From positions 1,152,001 through 1,216,000 of the forward strand of contig CBDCNP010000002.1 in NCBI GenBank assembly GCA_965219415.1: a stretch of 64,000 nucleotides of DNA, in the 5' to 3' direction. This stretch comes from Candidatus Marinacidobacterales bacterium (lineage in GTDB: Bacteria; Acidobacteriota; Vicinamibacteria; Marinacidobacterales; DATDRI01). The notes below the pieces were generated by a model. That model did no database searches and was not told where the DNA came from. It saw nothing but the letters and a program-made list of their open reading frames with translations. Position numbers and translations under genes: made by a program. This document shows, in pieces, positions 30,274-39,808 of this stretch. Each line of letters begins with the position of its first letter. Positions within the stretch are counted from its first letter, which is position 1.

Positions 30274-31659
30274 TCAACGAATGATGTGCCATTGATCACC
30301 TGGCTGCGCGCGGTCCAAGTATTTCAAACCCTCCTCGGTGAACACCGCGATCTGTCCGATGCCGATCTCCACACCGTTCTCACCCCAGCCCGGTACGGCC
30401 ACGCGGGTGTGCGGCTCGAACGCATAGAGCGTGTTGTACTGCAGCGTGTGCTCGTTGCTCACGACCTTGTGCCGCTTGTAGCCGCGGCCCGAAGTCAGCC
30501 CGGCGACCCAAGTGCCACGGGAAAACATCAGGCCATTAACCGTGAAGCGGCGCAGGTACATGGGCGGTGGATGAAAGCCCAGGCCAGATCGAATAACGCC
30601 ATCTTCCAAGGGAATCTGGTCGGCCGCTTCTTCGATGTCGATCCCGGTGCGCCCGTATTGAAACTGTTCGGCGAACCGGTCCTGCATTCTGTTTATCTTG
30701 CGCAATGCTTCCTTGAGCGGCTCGGGGACGTCGGTCTCCCCATGTTCCAGCACGTACGCGTGCTGGTGCGAGTCGGTCACCAGGCCGAGGAGCATGATGT
30801 CGGAGTCGAGGCTGATGATGTCGCCCCGTCGGATGGTCGGGTTCATGCCATTGTCGGAGCGGCCGTAGCGGAAGAAATCCGGCGAGTCCTCATTGGCGTA
30901 CTTGTCGATGTTGGCCGGCTTCCTCTGAATTCCGACGGTCGGGTGATTCTCCTTCTCGATGTCGAGATCCAACATCTTCTGTCGGAACCACCAGTTGAGG
31001 TCCTCGACCGTCGTGACGTCCGGAACGATGGTCCGGTTGGAAAAACCCTCGGCGATGATGTCGTTGGCGACTCCCTGCACATAGCGGTAGACGCTGATCT
31101 GCACGGGCCCCGTGGTCTCTAACCATCGGACGCCCAGAGTCCAGGAACCAACTGTACGGGACTCGTACTCGCCAAGTGCTTGCTGCATCGCGTCGCTGTT
31201 GGTTCGGCTGATGGCGATCTTCTTTGGATCACGCGCCCGCACGAGCTCGGCGATGTGCTGGTAGTCGCGCGGCTGTATATATTCGATCTCGTCGCCGGTA
31301 TCGTAAAAGAGCAGAAACTCCGGAATTGCGGGACCTTCCTCGTACTGGCTCGGCAGAACCATGCCTTCGTGGTTGGCCGGCAGCAGTGACGTATAAAAGG
31401 GCCCTTCCTTGTAGGAAGTCTGCCGGTACTCTGGTTGCTCGTCGTTGCGAACGATCCACATGTCGACACCCTGCTCGCGGAGAATCATCGGCAGGACGTT
31501 CTCCTTCTTCCAATCCCAGAAGCCCTGCATGATCTGGACGCGCTCCCGCATGGGAATCACGTTCTGCGCGTTTTGGCCGTCGGTGAGCTGTACTGCCGAA
31601 ACGCCGGTGGCGGCGAGCAACAAGACTGAAGCAAATGCGGTCAGTCGATTTTTTGTCAT
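30274..31659 (-). CDS. Secreted M24-like protein, paralog 2
   Basis: Signal peptide; GVDMWIV, IRRGDIISLD, TDSHQHAYVL..GETDVP, YAFEP; ATGA coupling to upstream gene. Confidence 0.75.
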   Translation of the reverse strand: MTKNRLTAFASVLLLAATGVSAVQLTDGQNAQNVIPMRERVQIMQGFWDWKKENVLPMILREQGVDMWIVRNDEQPEYRQTSYKEGPFYTSLLPANHEGMVLPSQYEEGPAIPEFLLFYDTGDEIEYIQPRDYQHIAELVRARDPKKIAISRTNSDAMQQALGEYESRTVGSWTLGVRWLETTGPVQISVYRYVQGVANDIIAEGFSNRTIVPDVTTVEDLNWWFRQKMLDLDIEKENHPTVGIQRKPANIDKYANEDSPDFFRYGRSDNGMNPTIRRGDIISLDSDIMLLGLVTDSHQHAYVLEHGETDVPEPLKEALRKINRMQDRFAEQFQYGRTGIDIEEAADQIPLEDGVIRSGLGFHPPPMYLRRFTVNGLMFSRGTWVAGLTSGRGYKRHKVVSNEHTLQYNTLYAFEPHTRVAVPGWGENGVEIGIGQIAVFTEEGLKYLDRAQPGDQWHIIR

Positions 31660-32753
31660 TCTTTCCACCCCATCTCGTTGAAGAACTCCTCCCGGGTTGG
31701 GAACAGGAACGAGAGGATTTCGTATAACTCTGGATCCAGTTTCGCGAGGTTCTCGGGCGTCAGCGCGACACCGTTGTAAGAATGCCGCTGGTGAGCGCCG
31801 TAGAAGATGTCGAGGCCCCAGGCCAGATACTCATCGCTGAACGAATCGGCAGGTAGTCCGTCGTGTGGACGGTAGAATCCCCTGTCGATGGCGGCCTGGG
31901 TCGCCTTCTCCAACCGCTCCTGGACCTCCGGATAGGTTTTCATGATGCCACCACGATGGATCAGGTGCGTGATCTCCTCCACCGAGGCATCACGCCGAAC
32001 ACCTTCCGGGCCGCCCAGTCGCAGGTAGTCGGGAATGATCTCCTCGTCCTCGAGGTCTTGAGTCCTTAGGCCCAGGCTCCGGCGGTGCATGTAAAAGCTG
32101 ATTGCGGTGTTGCGCTCTTCAAAAGACTTGAAGAGAGTCATGATGGCCCTTCTCTGCTTGACGTACTCGGTGATTTTCCCGGAGCCGTTCCTGTCCTTCA
32201 ATAGCAAGGCCTCGGCAACTTTGGCCGCGTACTCGATCTTTTCGGGATCCACGGATTCGGTTGCCCAGAACGTGACCGCGGACGTCTCGATTCGCTGGGT
32301 GAAGATGTCGAGCGCATTCTCCTTTCTCGGTCGCTCTGCGAAGGCGATGATGATGAGCACTTGCTCCATGAACCCGTCTTCGTTCGTAGCGCGGACTTCG
32401 GCGTAGTAGTGAGCCGGGTAGGCGGCAGGGTGCGCTTTCAGCGTAAGCTCGGCGGTGTCGGGATCGATCTCGACGATTTCCGTTGCATCGAGCTGTCCTT
32501 CGCGCAGGTAGTTTCGGCGGTCGCCTCCGGGTACCGGTGGCGCCAGGCTCCACGTGATCTTCTTGGGATTCGGAAACACCAGCTCGATCTTGCCGACGAC
32601 GTCTCCGATGTCGGTTGCCTTAGTGACCAAGAAGCGATCGAACTCGTCGGTGACTACGGGTTTCTGTGCGAAACCCAACCCCCCATTGAGGACGGCGGCG
32701 GCGAAAACGAGCGTAAGGAACATCGCGTTGGCGGGAACTTTTTTGGGGGTCAC
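31656..32753 (-). CDS. Secreted protein: cadherin-like domain plus zincin-like (EExxH) domain
   Basis: Signal peptide; DIGDVVG..TWSL..IDPDTAELTL..EVRATN; TQDL, RDASVEEITHLIH, DEY, LDPELY. Confidence 0.55.
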   Translation of the reverse strand: MTPKKVPANAMFLTLVFAAAVLNGGLGFAQKPVVTDEFDRFLVTKATDIGDVVGKIELVFPNPKKITWSLAPPVPGGDRRNYLREGQLDATEIVEIDPDTAELTLKAHPAAYPAHYYAEVRATNEDGFMEQVLIIIAFAERPRKENALDIFTQRIETSAVTFWATESVDPEKIEYAAKVAEALLLKDRNGSGKITEYVKQRRAIMTLFKSFEERNTAISFYMHRRSLGLRTQDLEDEEIIPDYLRLGGPEGVRRDASVEEITHLIHRGGIMKTYPEVQERLEKATQAAIDRGFYRPHDGLPADSFSDEYLAWGLDIFYGAHQRHSYNGVALTPENLAKLDPELYEILSFLFPTREEFFNEMGWKE

Positions 32754-32764
32754 TGCCCTTCTCC

Positions 32765-33958
32765 TTATTCGTCGCTCATCACGTCTTGCCGATGCCCCAA
32801 TTTCCCCTCGACCACCATCGTGCCCAAGGCATCGAGGATCACTCGGCAGGCGAGCTGCGACGTGTTGTCGTTAACGTCATAGGGCGGCGAGACCTCGACG
32901 ACCTCCATTCCACAAAGTCCCTCGGCCGCGATTAGGCGAACGATCTCTAGCGCCTCGCGTGGAGTCAGCCCGCCCGGTTCGGGTGTTCCGGTACCCGGCG
33001 CGAAGCCGGGATCGATAGAATCGATATCGAAGGAGAGATAGACAGCCTTCGCGTCCTTCCACGCTAGTTCGAGGGCGCGCGCCGCGGCCCCCTTCGGTCC
33101 TAGCTCTTCCAAGTCGGTCATGGTGAGCACGCTCGATCCACGCTCGCGCGCCACCTCCGAGCCCGGTCGCGACCCGTACCATCCACCGATTCCCATCTGC
33201 ACCAGGTTCTTCGGTGGACAGTTGGACAACCCCACATCGTGCATATGGCTGTGATCGCGGTGCGAACTAGGCAGGTCCGCACTCTCGTGTGCGTTGGTGG
33301 TCCAAAACCAGGGCGTGGTGTGCATGCGCTCATCCATGTCCATTTCCTGCATGTCGATGTGACGGTCGATATGGATGATCCCCACGTTTCCGTCGATATG
33401 CGGTGCGATGCCGCGTACGTTGGGGTAACCGAGGCTGTGATCGCCGCCGCAGAGTATCGGAAACGCACCCGAGGTAAACACATGGGATACCGCCATCGAG
33501 ACCTGGTCGAATGTCTTTTCGATGTTACCGGGAATCACGAACACATCGCCGGCGTCACAAATGTCGAGCTCTTCGAACAGATCGACCGCGCCATCGACGG
33601 AATAGCCGTCGTAGACCGCCGATATGCGACGCACGCCCTGCGGTCCGAAGCGCGTCCCCGGCCGGTAGGTTGTTCCGGTGTCGAACGGGATACCGACGAA
33701 CGCGGCCTCGTAGTCACCGACTTTCCGAACATCCTCGCAATATGGCGTCTTCATGAAAGTATTGATGCCGGCAAACGCGGGTTGATGGCCGCGGCTGAAC
33801 AATGAGATGGTTCGATCGTTGATGGACTTCGCCGCTTCGAGACCCAGCTCCAGCGTTCGTTTGATCTCCTCTTCCTGTTTCTTCTGGGAGATCCGCTTGA
33901 GGCGTTTGAGATTTCGGTTGCCGCGAAACTCGCCTGATTTATCTGACTTACTAGGCAT
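32765..33958 (-). CDS. Ureohydrolase (agmatinase family), guanidinase/GdmH-like clade
   Basis: GTTYRPGTRFGP, GGDHS, DRHID, DERMHTTPW, SFDIDSIDPGFAPGTG; N-terminal ELGLEAA.SI.DRTI..FSRG. Confidence 0.82.
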   Translation of the reverse strand: MPSKSDKSGEFRGNRNLKRLKRISQKKQEEEIKRTLELGLEAAKSINDRTISLFSRGHQPAFAGINTFMKTPYCEDVRKVGDYEAAFVGIPFDTGTTYRPGTRFGPQGVRRISAVYDGYSVDGAVDLFEELDICDAGDVFVIPGNIEKTFDQVSMAVSHVFTSGAFPILCGGDHSLGYPNVRGIAPHIDGNVGIIHIDRHIDMQEMDMDERMHTTPWFWTTNAHESADLPSSHRDHSHMHDVGLSNCPPKNLVQMGIGGWYGSRPGSEVARERGSSVLTMTDLEELGPKGAAARALELAWKDAKAVYLSFDIDSIDPGFAPGTGTPEPGGLTPREALEIVRLIAAEGLCGMEVVEVSPPYDVNDNTSQLACRVILDALGTMVVEGKLGHRQDVMSDE

Positions 33959-35552
33959 CGGTCTCCTCTAAACTCACGTCGTCCTGCGTCCACGCGCCAT
34001 CTATCAAACGCCAGGTGTCGCCCGGATTGCGATCGCGCAGCTCCTCGGGAAGTCGCGGCTCCCGCACATTGTCATAGCACTCGAGCATCGCGAAACGACG
34101 GACCGAGGCAGGGATTCCGACCGCGGTGAAGCCCGGATGGCCGGTCGCCGGGTACGGGCCTCCATGGTTCATGGCCGGGGTCACTGCTACTCCAGTAGGC
34201 ATCTTGTCGTTGAGCAGTCGGCCGACCCGCCTCCGTAGACGCCGCTCCACACGACCGTAGAGCCTCTCGTCCTCGCCCTGGGTGTCGGTGTAGACGGATC
34301 CCGTCAAGTTCCCCTCGAAACTGCCGGCGACTTTCTCCACCTCGTCGGCATCCTTCGCGACCACGAACAGGTTGGAGTTGCCGAAGGCTTCGGTTTGCAG
34401 CTTCTCTGGATCCCGCATGAAGGCTTCGCCCGTCGTGCGAAGAAGCGTGTTCTGGAAACGGCAGCCGCTTGCCTTGGTCTTCGAGCCTCCCGTTAAGAGC
34501 GTCGCACCCGCGGACTGGAGCGCTGCCACCGATTCTCCGATGCTCTTCAAGCCTCCGAGCCCGAGAAGCGGTGTCGGATTCACTTTCTCGAAGCGCCCTC
34601 GCATCTCTTCGATGAACTGCTCCGCTTCTTCGCCCTCTTGGAGCACGACGATGCCGGGGTTCGTGCAAAATTGCCCCGTGCCCATGAGCGCGGAGGTTTG
34701 AAACTCCTCGGCGATTTTCCCACCGCGCTCTTTCAAGGCACCCGGCAAAATGAAGACCGGATTGATGCTACTCATCTCGAGGTAGATGGGCTTTCCGGCT
34801 TGGTCGGCGGCGGCCTTCAAGGTCAATGCCGCTCTGCGCGAGCCGGTGTATCCGGTCGCACCGATCAGCGGATGAGAAACGAGGTACGCGCCATCTTTGT
34901 GATCGGTACGGTAAATCGTTTGCACGGTAGCGCCAGGCAGCCCGACCTCCTGAACCGCGGCGAACGCCTCTTCCGCCAGAAGCTGACTGGTCCGTGGGTG
35001 GCTCGAGTGCGCCTTGGCGATGACCGGGTTTCCGGCCGCGATGGCCGCGGCAAAATCTCCCCCGGCGACCCCGTTGAATGCCAGCGGGAAATTGTTGGGA
35101 CCGAAGACGGCCACCGGTCCTCCGAGCGGGCCGAACATCGAACGGATGTTGGTCTTGGTGTCGATGGTGGGCTCGGTCCAGCTTCGCTCGCGCGCCGCCG
35201 TGGCGGCCTGTCGGAGCTGATTGCTGGTGCGAGGCAGCTCGACGTCGGCCAGCCGTGGCGAGAAAGGAAGCGCCGTTTCGAGGTGGGCGGTCTCGGCGAT
35301 CTCCTTCGCCCGCTCGTCGATGCGATCGGCATAACGATCCAGAAACTCCCCGATCTTCTTGGGGTCGACATCTAGCAGTGCTTCCGCCGCCGAGCTCCCG
35401 GCAGCCAGCACCGCATCGACGTCTTTACGGCTGCTTACCGGATAGAGGGGACCGATCTTTTCGCCCGTCGACGGGTCGATCGCTTGAAAAGTCCCGGCCG
35501 CGTCCGCAGGCTGCCACTCACCATCTATTAGAACTTTCTCAGCGTTTTCCAT
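33951..35552 (-). CDS. NADP-dependent aldehyde dehydrogenase (alpha-ketoglutarate semialdehyde dehydrogenase-like)
   Basis: VFGPNNFPLAF..GGDFA, KAHSSHP, EMSSINP, GQFCTNPG, PTGVAV..AMNHGGPYPAT. Confidence 0.88.
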   Translation of the reverse strand: MENAEKVLIDGEWQPADAAGTFQAIDPSTGEKIGPLYPVSSRKDVDAVLAAGSSAAEALLDVDPKKIGEFLDRYADRIDERAKEIAETAHLETALPFSPRLADVELPRTSNQLRQAATAARERSWTEPTIDTKTNIRSMFGPLGGPVAVFGPNNFPLAFNGVAGGDFAAAIAAGNPVIAKAHSSHPRTSQLLAEEAFAAVQEVGLPGATVQTIYRTDHKDGAYLVSHPLIGATGYTGSRRAALTLKAAADQAGKPIYLEMSSINPVFILPGALKERGGKIAEEFQTSALMGTGQFCTNPGIVVLQEGEEAEQFIEEMRGRFEKVNPTPLLGLGGLKSIGESVAALQSAGATLLTGGSKTKASGCRFQNTLLRTTGEAFMRDPEKLQTEAFGNSNLFVVAKDADEVEKVAGSFEGNLTGSVYTDTQGEDERLYGRVERRLRRRVGRLLNDKMPTGVAVTPAMNHGGPYPATGHPGFTAVGIPASVRRFAMLECYDNVREPRLPEELRDRNPGDTWRLIDGAWTQDDVSLEETDA

Positions 35553-35582
35553 GGGCGACACCAGTAGCCTCACCTCGCGCGA

Positions 35583-35679
35583 TGTACAATATACATCAAA
35601 ATTTGAAAACTAGAACTATCCAACTCCTAAATACTTGAACACAGATGCGTTGTAGCCTTTTTCGGTAGATTGCATACAA
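35583..35679. promoter_or_regulatory. Partial copies of the shared upstream element in a divergent promoter
   Basis: caatataca at 35587-35595 and attgcatacaa at 35669-35679 match the two halves of the 44-bp element. Confidence 0.55.
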
Positions 35680-35739
35680 AATCTAAAAAAATGGCTTCTC
35701 CTGTGATAAATAGTCTCGCTAGACTGGAGGAGTCGAAAA

Positions 35740-36966
35740 ATGTCAAAGTCGTCCGCACTCTTTTGGGTTCTTGCTTCACTTTCCCTTGCGTCTTGCGACG
35801 AACGGGCCTCTACTCGCCAGGCGCCGGCGCTACCGGACATCGACATCTCGGGTTCCGAAAACGGGATCGTCCCTCTGCCGGACGATGTGGACGATGTTTT
35901 CAAGGTTTTCGATCGCTACACCAAGGTCGTCGCGCCCAACGGTAAGCCGATTCATATCGTCATCGAGGAAGGCTACACCGATGAGCAAGCGGTCCATTCC
36001 CGAAGGGTCCTGGCACAACATCTAACCGACCTGCCTGGCTCCCGCTTCGGAAGCGACAAGTCCTCCATCGCCAATGCCATGGCAGATCGGAATGCTGTGC
36101 TCGCCCTGTTTTACAGCACGGAAACCATGCGTAGTGCTGCGGCGCGGCCGTTCTTCCGGTCCGGTGTCCACACTCAAGACCTGCGTGGGTACGAAACGAT
36201 CCTGGAGGGCACACCGGAGTATATGGACAACGAGGATCCCCCCAGAAACGCTTCCTATGAGGAGATCTTGCACTTCGTTCAAGCCCACGGCATCGATCCA
36301 GCGGACCCGGTGTTGACCGCGGCCCTCGACGAGGCCTTCGCCAACGCCCGGGAAAAGGACATCTACAAGCATGACGACGACGAGACCCACGAGTACTTCA
36401 TTTGCGGCTTAGAAGCATACTTCGACATGTGGCGTCACGACCCAACCGGAACAGGGATCCGAGAAGAGGAATACGTACCCATCTCCAGGAAGACATTGAA
36501 AGAGGTCGATCCGGCCATGTACGACATCATCGAAGGCTTCTTCGGAGACCGGTGGCTATACACCGCGGATGTCGATAGCGGATTCGAGGGCACGTTCTCA
36601 CTGGTCTATGACGAAGAAAACACTTACACGAATAAATCTCAGTTTCTCGTTCACGTCTCCCTGACCGGCGGGAAGAATTCGAATCTGATCGGGAACGGCT
36701 TCGACAACACCCTGACCGGTAATACCGGCGACAACAGGTTTACTCCCGGTCCAGGAAACGACACGCTGGACGGCGGCGAGGGCACGGACACCGCCGTCTT
36801 TTCGGGACCTTCGGCGGACTACACCGTCACCAACCAAGGGGACGTCGTCACCGTCAAGGATGAGAGCGCGGAGCGTGACGGCGAGAACGCGTTGCGCAAC
36901 ATAGAACGACTCCAGTTCACCGACAAGGTACTGACGACTGAGGAAGCAGCCGCTGGCCGTACTTGA
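35740..36966 (+). CDS. Lipoprotein with zincin-like (EExxH) domain and C-terminal Ca-binding RTX-like repeats
   Basis: LASC lipobox; TQDL, RNASYEEILH, HEY, VDPAMY; GNGFDNTLTGN, GPGNDTLDGGEGTDTAVFSG, NIERLQFTD. Confidence 0.7.
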   Translation: MSKSSALFWVLASLSLASCDERASTRQAPALPDIDISGSENGIVPLPDDVDDVFKVFDRYTKVVAPNGKPIHIVIEEGYTDEQAVHSRRVLAQHLTDLPGSRFGSDKSSIANAMADRNAVLALFYSTETMRSAAARPFFRSGVHTQDLRGYETILEGTPEYMDNEDPPRNASYEEILHFVQAHGIDPADPVLTAALDEAFANAREKDIYKHDDDETHEYFICGLEAYFDMWRHDPTGTGIREEEYVPISRKTLKEVDPAMYDIIEGFFGDRWLYTADVDSGFEGTFSLVYDEENTYTNKSQFLVHVSLTGGKNSNLIGNGFDNTLTGNTGDNRFTPGPGNDTLDGGEGTDTAVFSGPSADYTVTNQGDVVTVKDESAERDGENALRNIERLQFTDKVLTTEEAAAGRT

Positions 36967-36976
36967 GCTCTAAATC

Positions 36977-38377
36977 ATGAGTTACTTACGATTCGTTATC
37001 CCATTGTTTTGCCTTCTTTTCCCCGTCGAGGGGCTACTCGCTCAGAATCAGGAGACGGTGAATCCCGGGACGGTGATGCCGGGTGACTCCGTTGAGCTGC
37101 AGAATCAGATCCGGCAGGAGAAGTTCGATCTCTACCTGCCCGAGCTCATGCGTGAGCATGGTATCGACATGTGGATTCACGTCATGCGGCCATGGACGCC
37201 CGATCCGCTAGCGTTCGAGTTAGGCAGTGACTCCGGTGTGTTCGTTTTTACCGATCGCGGTGGCGACCGCATCGAGCGGGCTGCTTTCAACGGTGAAGTT
37301 CAAGACCCCAGCGTCTACGACATCGTCGCCGGAGATGATCCGGACGCCGAAAGCGCTGGGGCGAACGCATTCATCGACGGAGTCGCCGTCGAACAACCGG
37401 GAGGTCCGGAAACAGATTTGGATTTCAGATTCTCGGGGCCCCGCGAGTTCGTTGCCGAACGCGATCCCAAACGCATCGGCGTGAACTACTCGGAAAAGCT
37501 GGGGACGGCCGTTAGCTCGGAAAGGGCGCCGCTTACCGATGGCTTGTCGCACACCGACCACGTCCTGCTGGTCAAGGCGATTGGCGGCAAGTATGCCGAC
37601 CGCATCGTCTCGTCTGAGTATCTGATAATCGACTACTTGGCGAGAAGGGTCATGAAGGAAATAGAGCTCGCTCACCAGTTCGGACTGATAGCCGCAGACA
37701 ACCTGGACCGAGAGTTTGGCAAAGTCGTGCCGGGCGTCACCACTCTCGCGGACCTAGAGGGCAATGTTTTTCTGAGGGTTCCGGACGGAGACGAGCACCA
37801 CAAGAGCGACCCCGACCCCCATGTGCTCCGGGGAGGCGACCTTTTCACCATACTCCATGGAGCCAGAAATAGGATTTTCTTGGCGGACCTCGGCGGCAAC
37901 GCCTACGTGCTTCGCGAGGGAGAGACCGAGCCCCCTCCGGAGATAAAAGAGGTTTGGTCGCACGCGATGAGAACGCGTGAGATCTTGAAAGCCAACATCA
38001 AGGCGGGACGCACCGCTGGCGAAACACTCGAGATTCTCATTCGAAAGATTGAAGAAGCCGGATACTACTACAATCCGGTGGATCAGTATGACAAGACGGC
38101 CGATCCGAGCAAAACCCAAGTCCATCTCGACCTACATGCGGTCGGGCGAAGTGGGCTGATTGCTCCGCGGATCTCCCCTTTGGGCCCGGATTGGGAGCGG
38201 GACATGAAGATCCCCCTCCTACACACCTTTACGTTCGAATATATGATCCATATGCCAGTGCCCAAATGGGGTAAAGGTAAACACCTATATATCGCCTTCC
38301 ACGACGGGGCCGTTGTCACCGAAGACGGCATCGAGTTTCTGTATCCACCCGACCCAGGGATTCGCATCATCAAGTGA
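36977..38377 (+). CDS. Secreted M24-like protein, paralog 3
   Basis: Signal peptide; IRQEKFD, IDMWIHV, FTDRGGDRIERA, DGLSHTD, AYVLREGETEPP. Confidence 0.75.
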   Translation: MSYLRFVIPLFCLLFPVEGLLAQNQETVNPGTVMPGDSVELQNQIRQEKFDLYLPELMREHGIDMWIHVMRPWTPDPLAFELGSDSGVFVFTDRGGDRIERAAFNGEVQDPSVYDIVAGDDPDAESAGANAFIDGVAVEQPGGPETDLDFRFSGPREFVAERDPKRIGVNYSEKLGTAVSSERAPLTDGLSHTDHVLLVKAIGGKYADRIVSSEYLIIDYLARRVMKEIELAHQFGLIAADNLDREFGKVVPGVTTLADLEGNVFLRVPDGDEHHKSDPDPHVLRGGDLFTILHGARNRIFLADLGGNAYVLREGETEPPPEIKEVWSHAMRTREILKANIKAGRTAGETLEILIRKIEEAGYYYNPVDQYDKTADPSKTQVHLDLHAVGRSGLIAPRISPLGPDWERDMKIPLLHTFTFEYMIHMPVPKWGKGKHLYIAFHDGAVVTEDGIEFLYPPDPGIRIIK

Positions 38378-38389
38378 GGTACTCGCTCC

Positions 38390-39673
38390 ATGAATAAACT
38401 GCGGTTTTGGCTCCCTATCTTGTCCATCGTTTTTCTAGTCCAGGGCGCAAACGGACAAACCCTCACCCACGAGACTCTAGAAACCATGATGCGGCAGATT
38501 CGCAGGGACAAATTCGACCACGTCTTGCCTCGAGCCATGCGGGACAACCACGTCGATATGTGGGTGCACGTGGTGCGAGACCGCAATCCAGACCCCATTG
38601 CTCGGGACCTGGGCGGCGAGTCGGGCGTCTTCATTTTTACCGATCGCGGCGGGGAAAGGATCGAAAGGGCGGTACTGGGTGCAACCGATGAGGCCCTTTG
38701 GGAAGATGAGGCCTACGACGTTTTCGCAGGCGAGGAGCGGATCGAAGGGGAACCATTCTGGCAGCACGTCATTGGAGCGTTCGTGGCGGAACGGGACCCC
38801 CAGCGAATCGCCGTCAACTTCTCCTTGGAGAACGCGTTGGCCGACGGTATTTCGCATACCGACTACCTGACCCTGGTCGAGGCCCTAGGAGATAAGTACG
38901 CGGCGAGACTCGTCTCTTCGGAGCATGTGATCGGCGATTTCTTGGCGGGAATCGTGCTCGGCGAAATCGTGCTCGATGGCTATTTCGGATTGCTCACCAC
39001 GCAGATCATCAACGAAGAATACGCCAAGATCGAAGTCGGAGTTACCACATTGGCGGAAATCGACGGCAACGTCTTTGTCAGAGACCCGGACGGAAACGAG
39101 AACAACGGTAACGACTACGTGCTCCAGCCAGGTGACCTGGTGACGATTCTGAACGGCTCCGGTGAGGGATTCTTCGTGGCGGACCTAGGCGGAAATGGCT
39201 ACGTGCTCCGCGAAGGAGAGACCGATCTACCCCCAAGAGTGAAGGAGATCTGGAAACACGCGATGAACGTCCGCGAGATCCTCCGCACCAACATCAAGAT
39301 CGGTCCTACCGCAGGAGAAACGTTGGAGGCGCTTATCACGAAGTTGGAAGAGGCGGGTTACCTCTACATTGACAGAGATCGATACGACCCGAGCCTAGAG
39401 CCTATCAAGACCCAGGTTCACCTCGATCTGCACGCCCAGGGAAGACGGGATATGGACGCTCCCAGGATTTCCCCGCTCGGTGGAGACTGGCAGCGGAACA
39501 TGAGGATCCCGCTGTTCCACAGCTTCACTCTTGAATACATGGTCCACATGCCGGTACCGGAATGGGGCAAGGGAAAACACATGTACATCGCCTTTCACGA
39601 TGGTGCCGTCGTCACTCCGCGTGGCATCGAGTTCCCGTATCCGCCGGATCCGGGAATCCGCATCATCAAGTAG
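38390..39673 (+). CDS. Secreted M24-like protein, paralog 4 (tandem duplicate of paralog 3)
   Basis: Shares KTQVHLDLHA, PRISPLG, WGKGKH.YIAFHDGAVVT, YPPDPGIRIIK with 36977-38377. Confidence 0.75.
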   Translation: MNKLRFWLPILSIVFLVQGANGQTLTHETLETMMRQIRRDKFDHVLPRAMRDNHVDMWVHVVRDRNPDPIARDLGGESGVFIFTDRGGERIERAVLGATDEALWEDEAYDVFAGEERIEGEPFWQHVIGAFVAERDPQRIAVNFSLENALADGISHTDYLTLVEALGDKYAARLVSSEHVIGDFLAGIVLGEIVLDGYFGLLTTQIINEEYAKIEVGVTTLAEIDGNVFVRDPDGNENNGNDYVLQPGDLVTILNGSGEGFFVADLGGNGYVLREGETDLPPRVKEIWKHAMNVREILRTNIKIGPTAGETLEALITKLEEAGYLYIDRDRYDPSLEPIKTQVHLDLHAQGRRDMDAPRISPLGGDWQRNMRIPLFHSFTLEYMVHMPVPEWGKGKHMYIAFHDGAVVTPRGIEFPYPPDPGIRIIK

Positions 39674-39723
39674 CGCTTCGACGGACTCGCGCCGGCCTAA
39701 GCCTGCCTACCCCGGCCATTGGA

Positions 39724-39808
39724 CTCATAACCCGAAGGTCGCCAGCCTTCGCCAGCGGCAAGGGATCAGCGGCTTCGGCCTGGCAAGCACATCCTGCCCC
39801 CGCCACCA
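39724..39808 (+). pseudogene. 3'-half remnant of initiator tRNA-Met, interrupted in the T-arm
   Basis: ctcataacccgaaggtcg (anticodon CAT arm and variable loop) ... atcctgcccccgccacca (T-stem, acceptor strand, CCA); no 5' half upstream. Confidence 0.72.

Noticed and set aside
25891-35665. Exact 14-bp match gtagcctttttcgg at 25891 and 35652
   Set aside because: Several 14-bp matches are expected by chance in 64 kb, and similarity does not extend further.
33959-35740. Guanidine riboswitch upstream of the ureohydrolase operon
   Set aside because: The ureohydrolase start overlaps the ALDH stop, and the AT-rich operon leader shows no recognisable ykkC or ACGR-hairpin motif.
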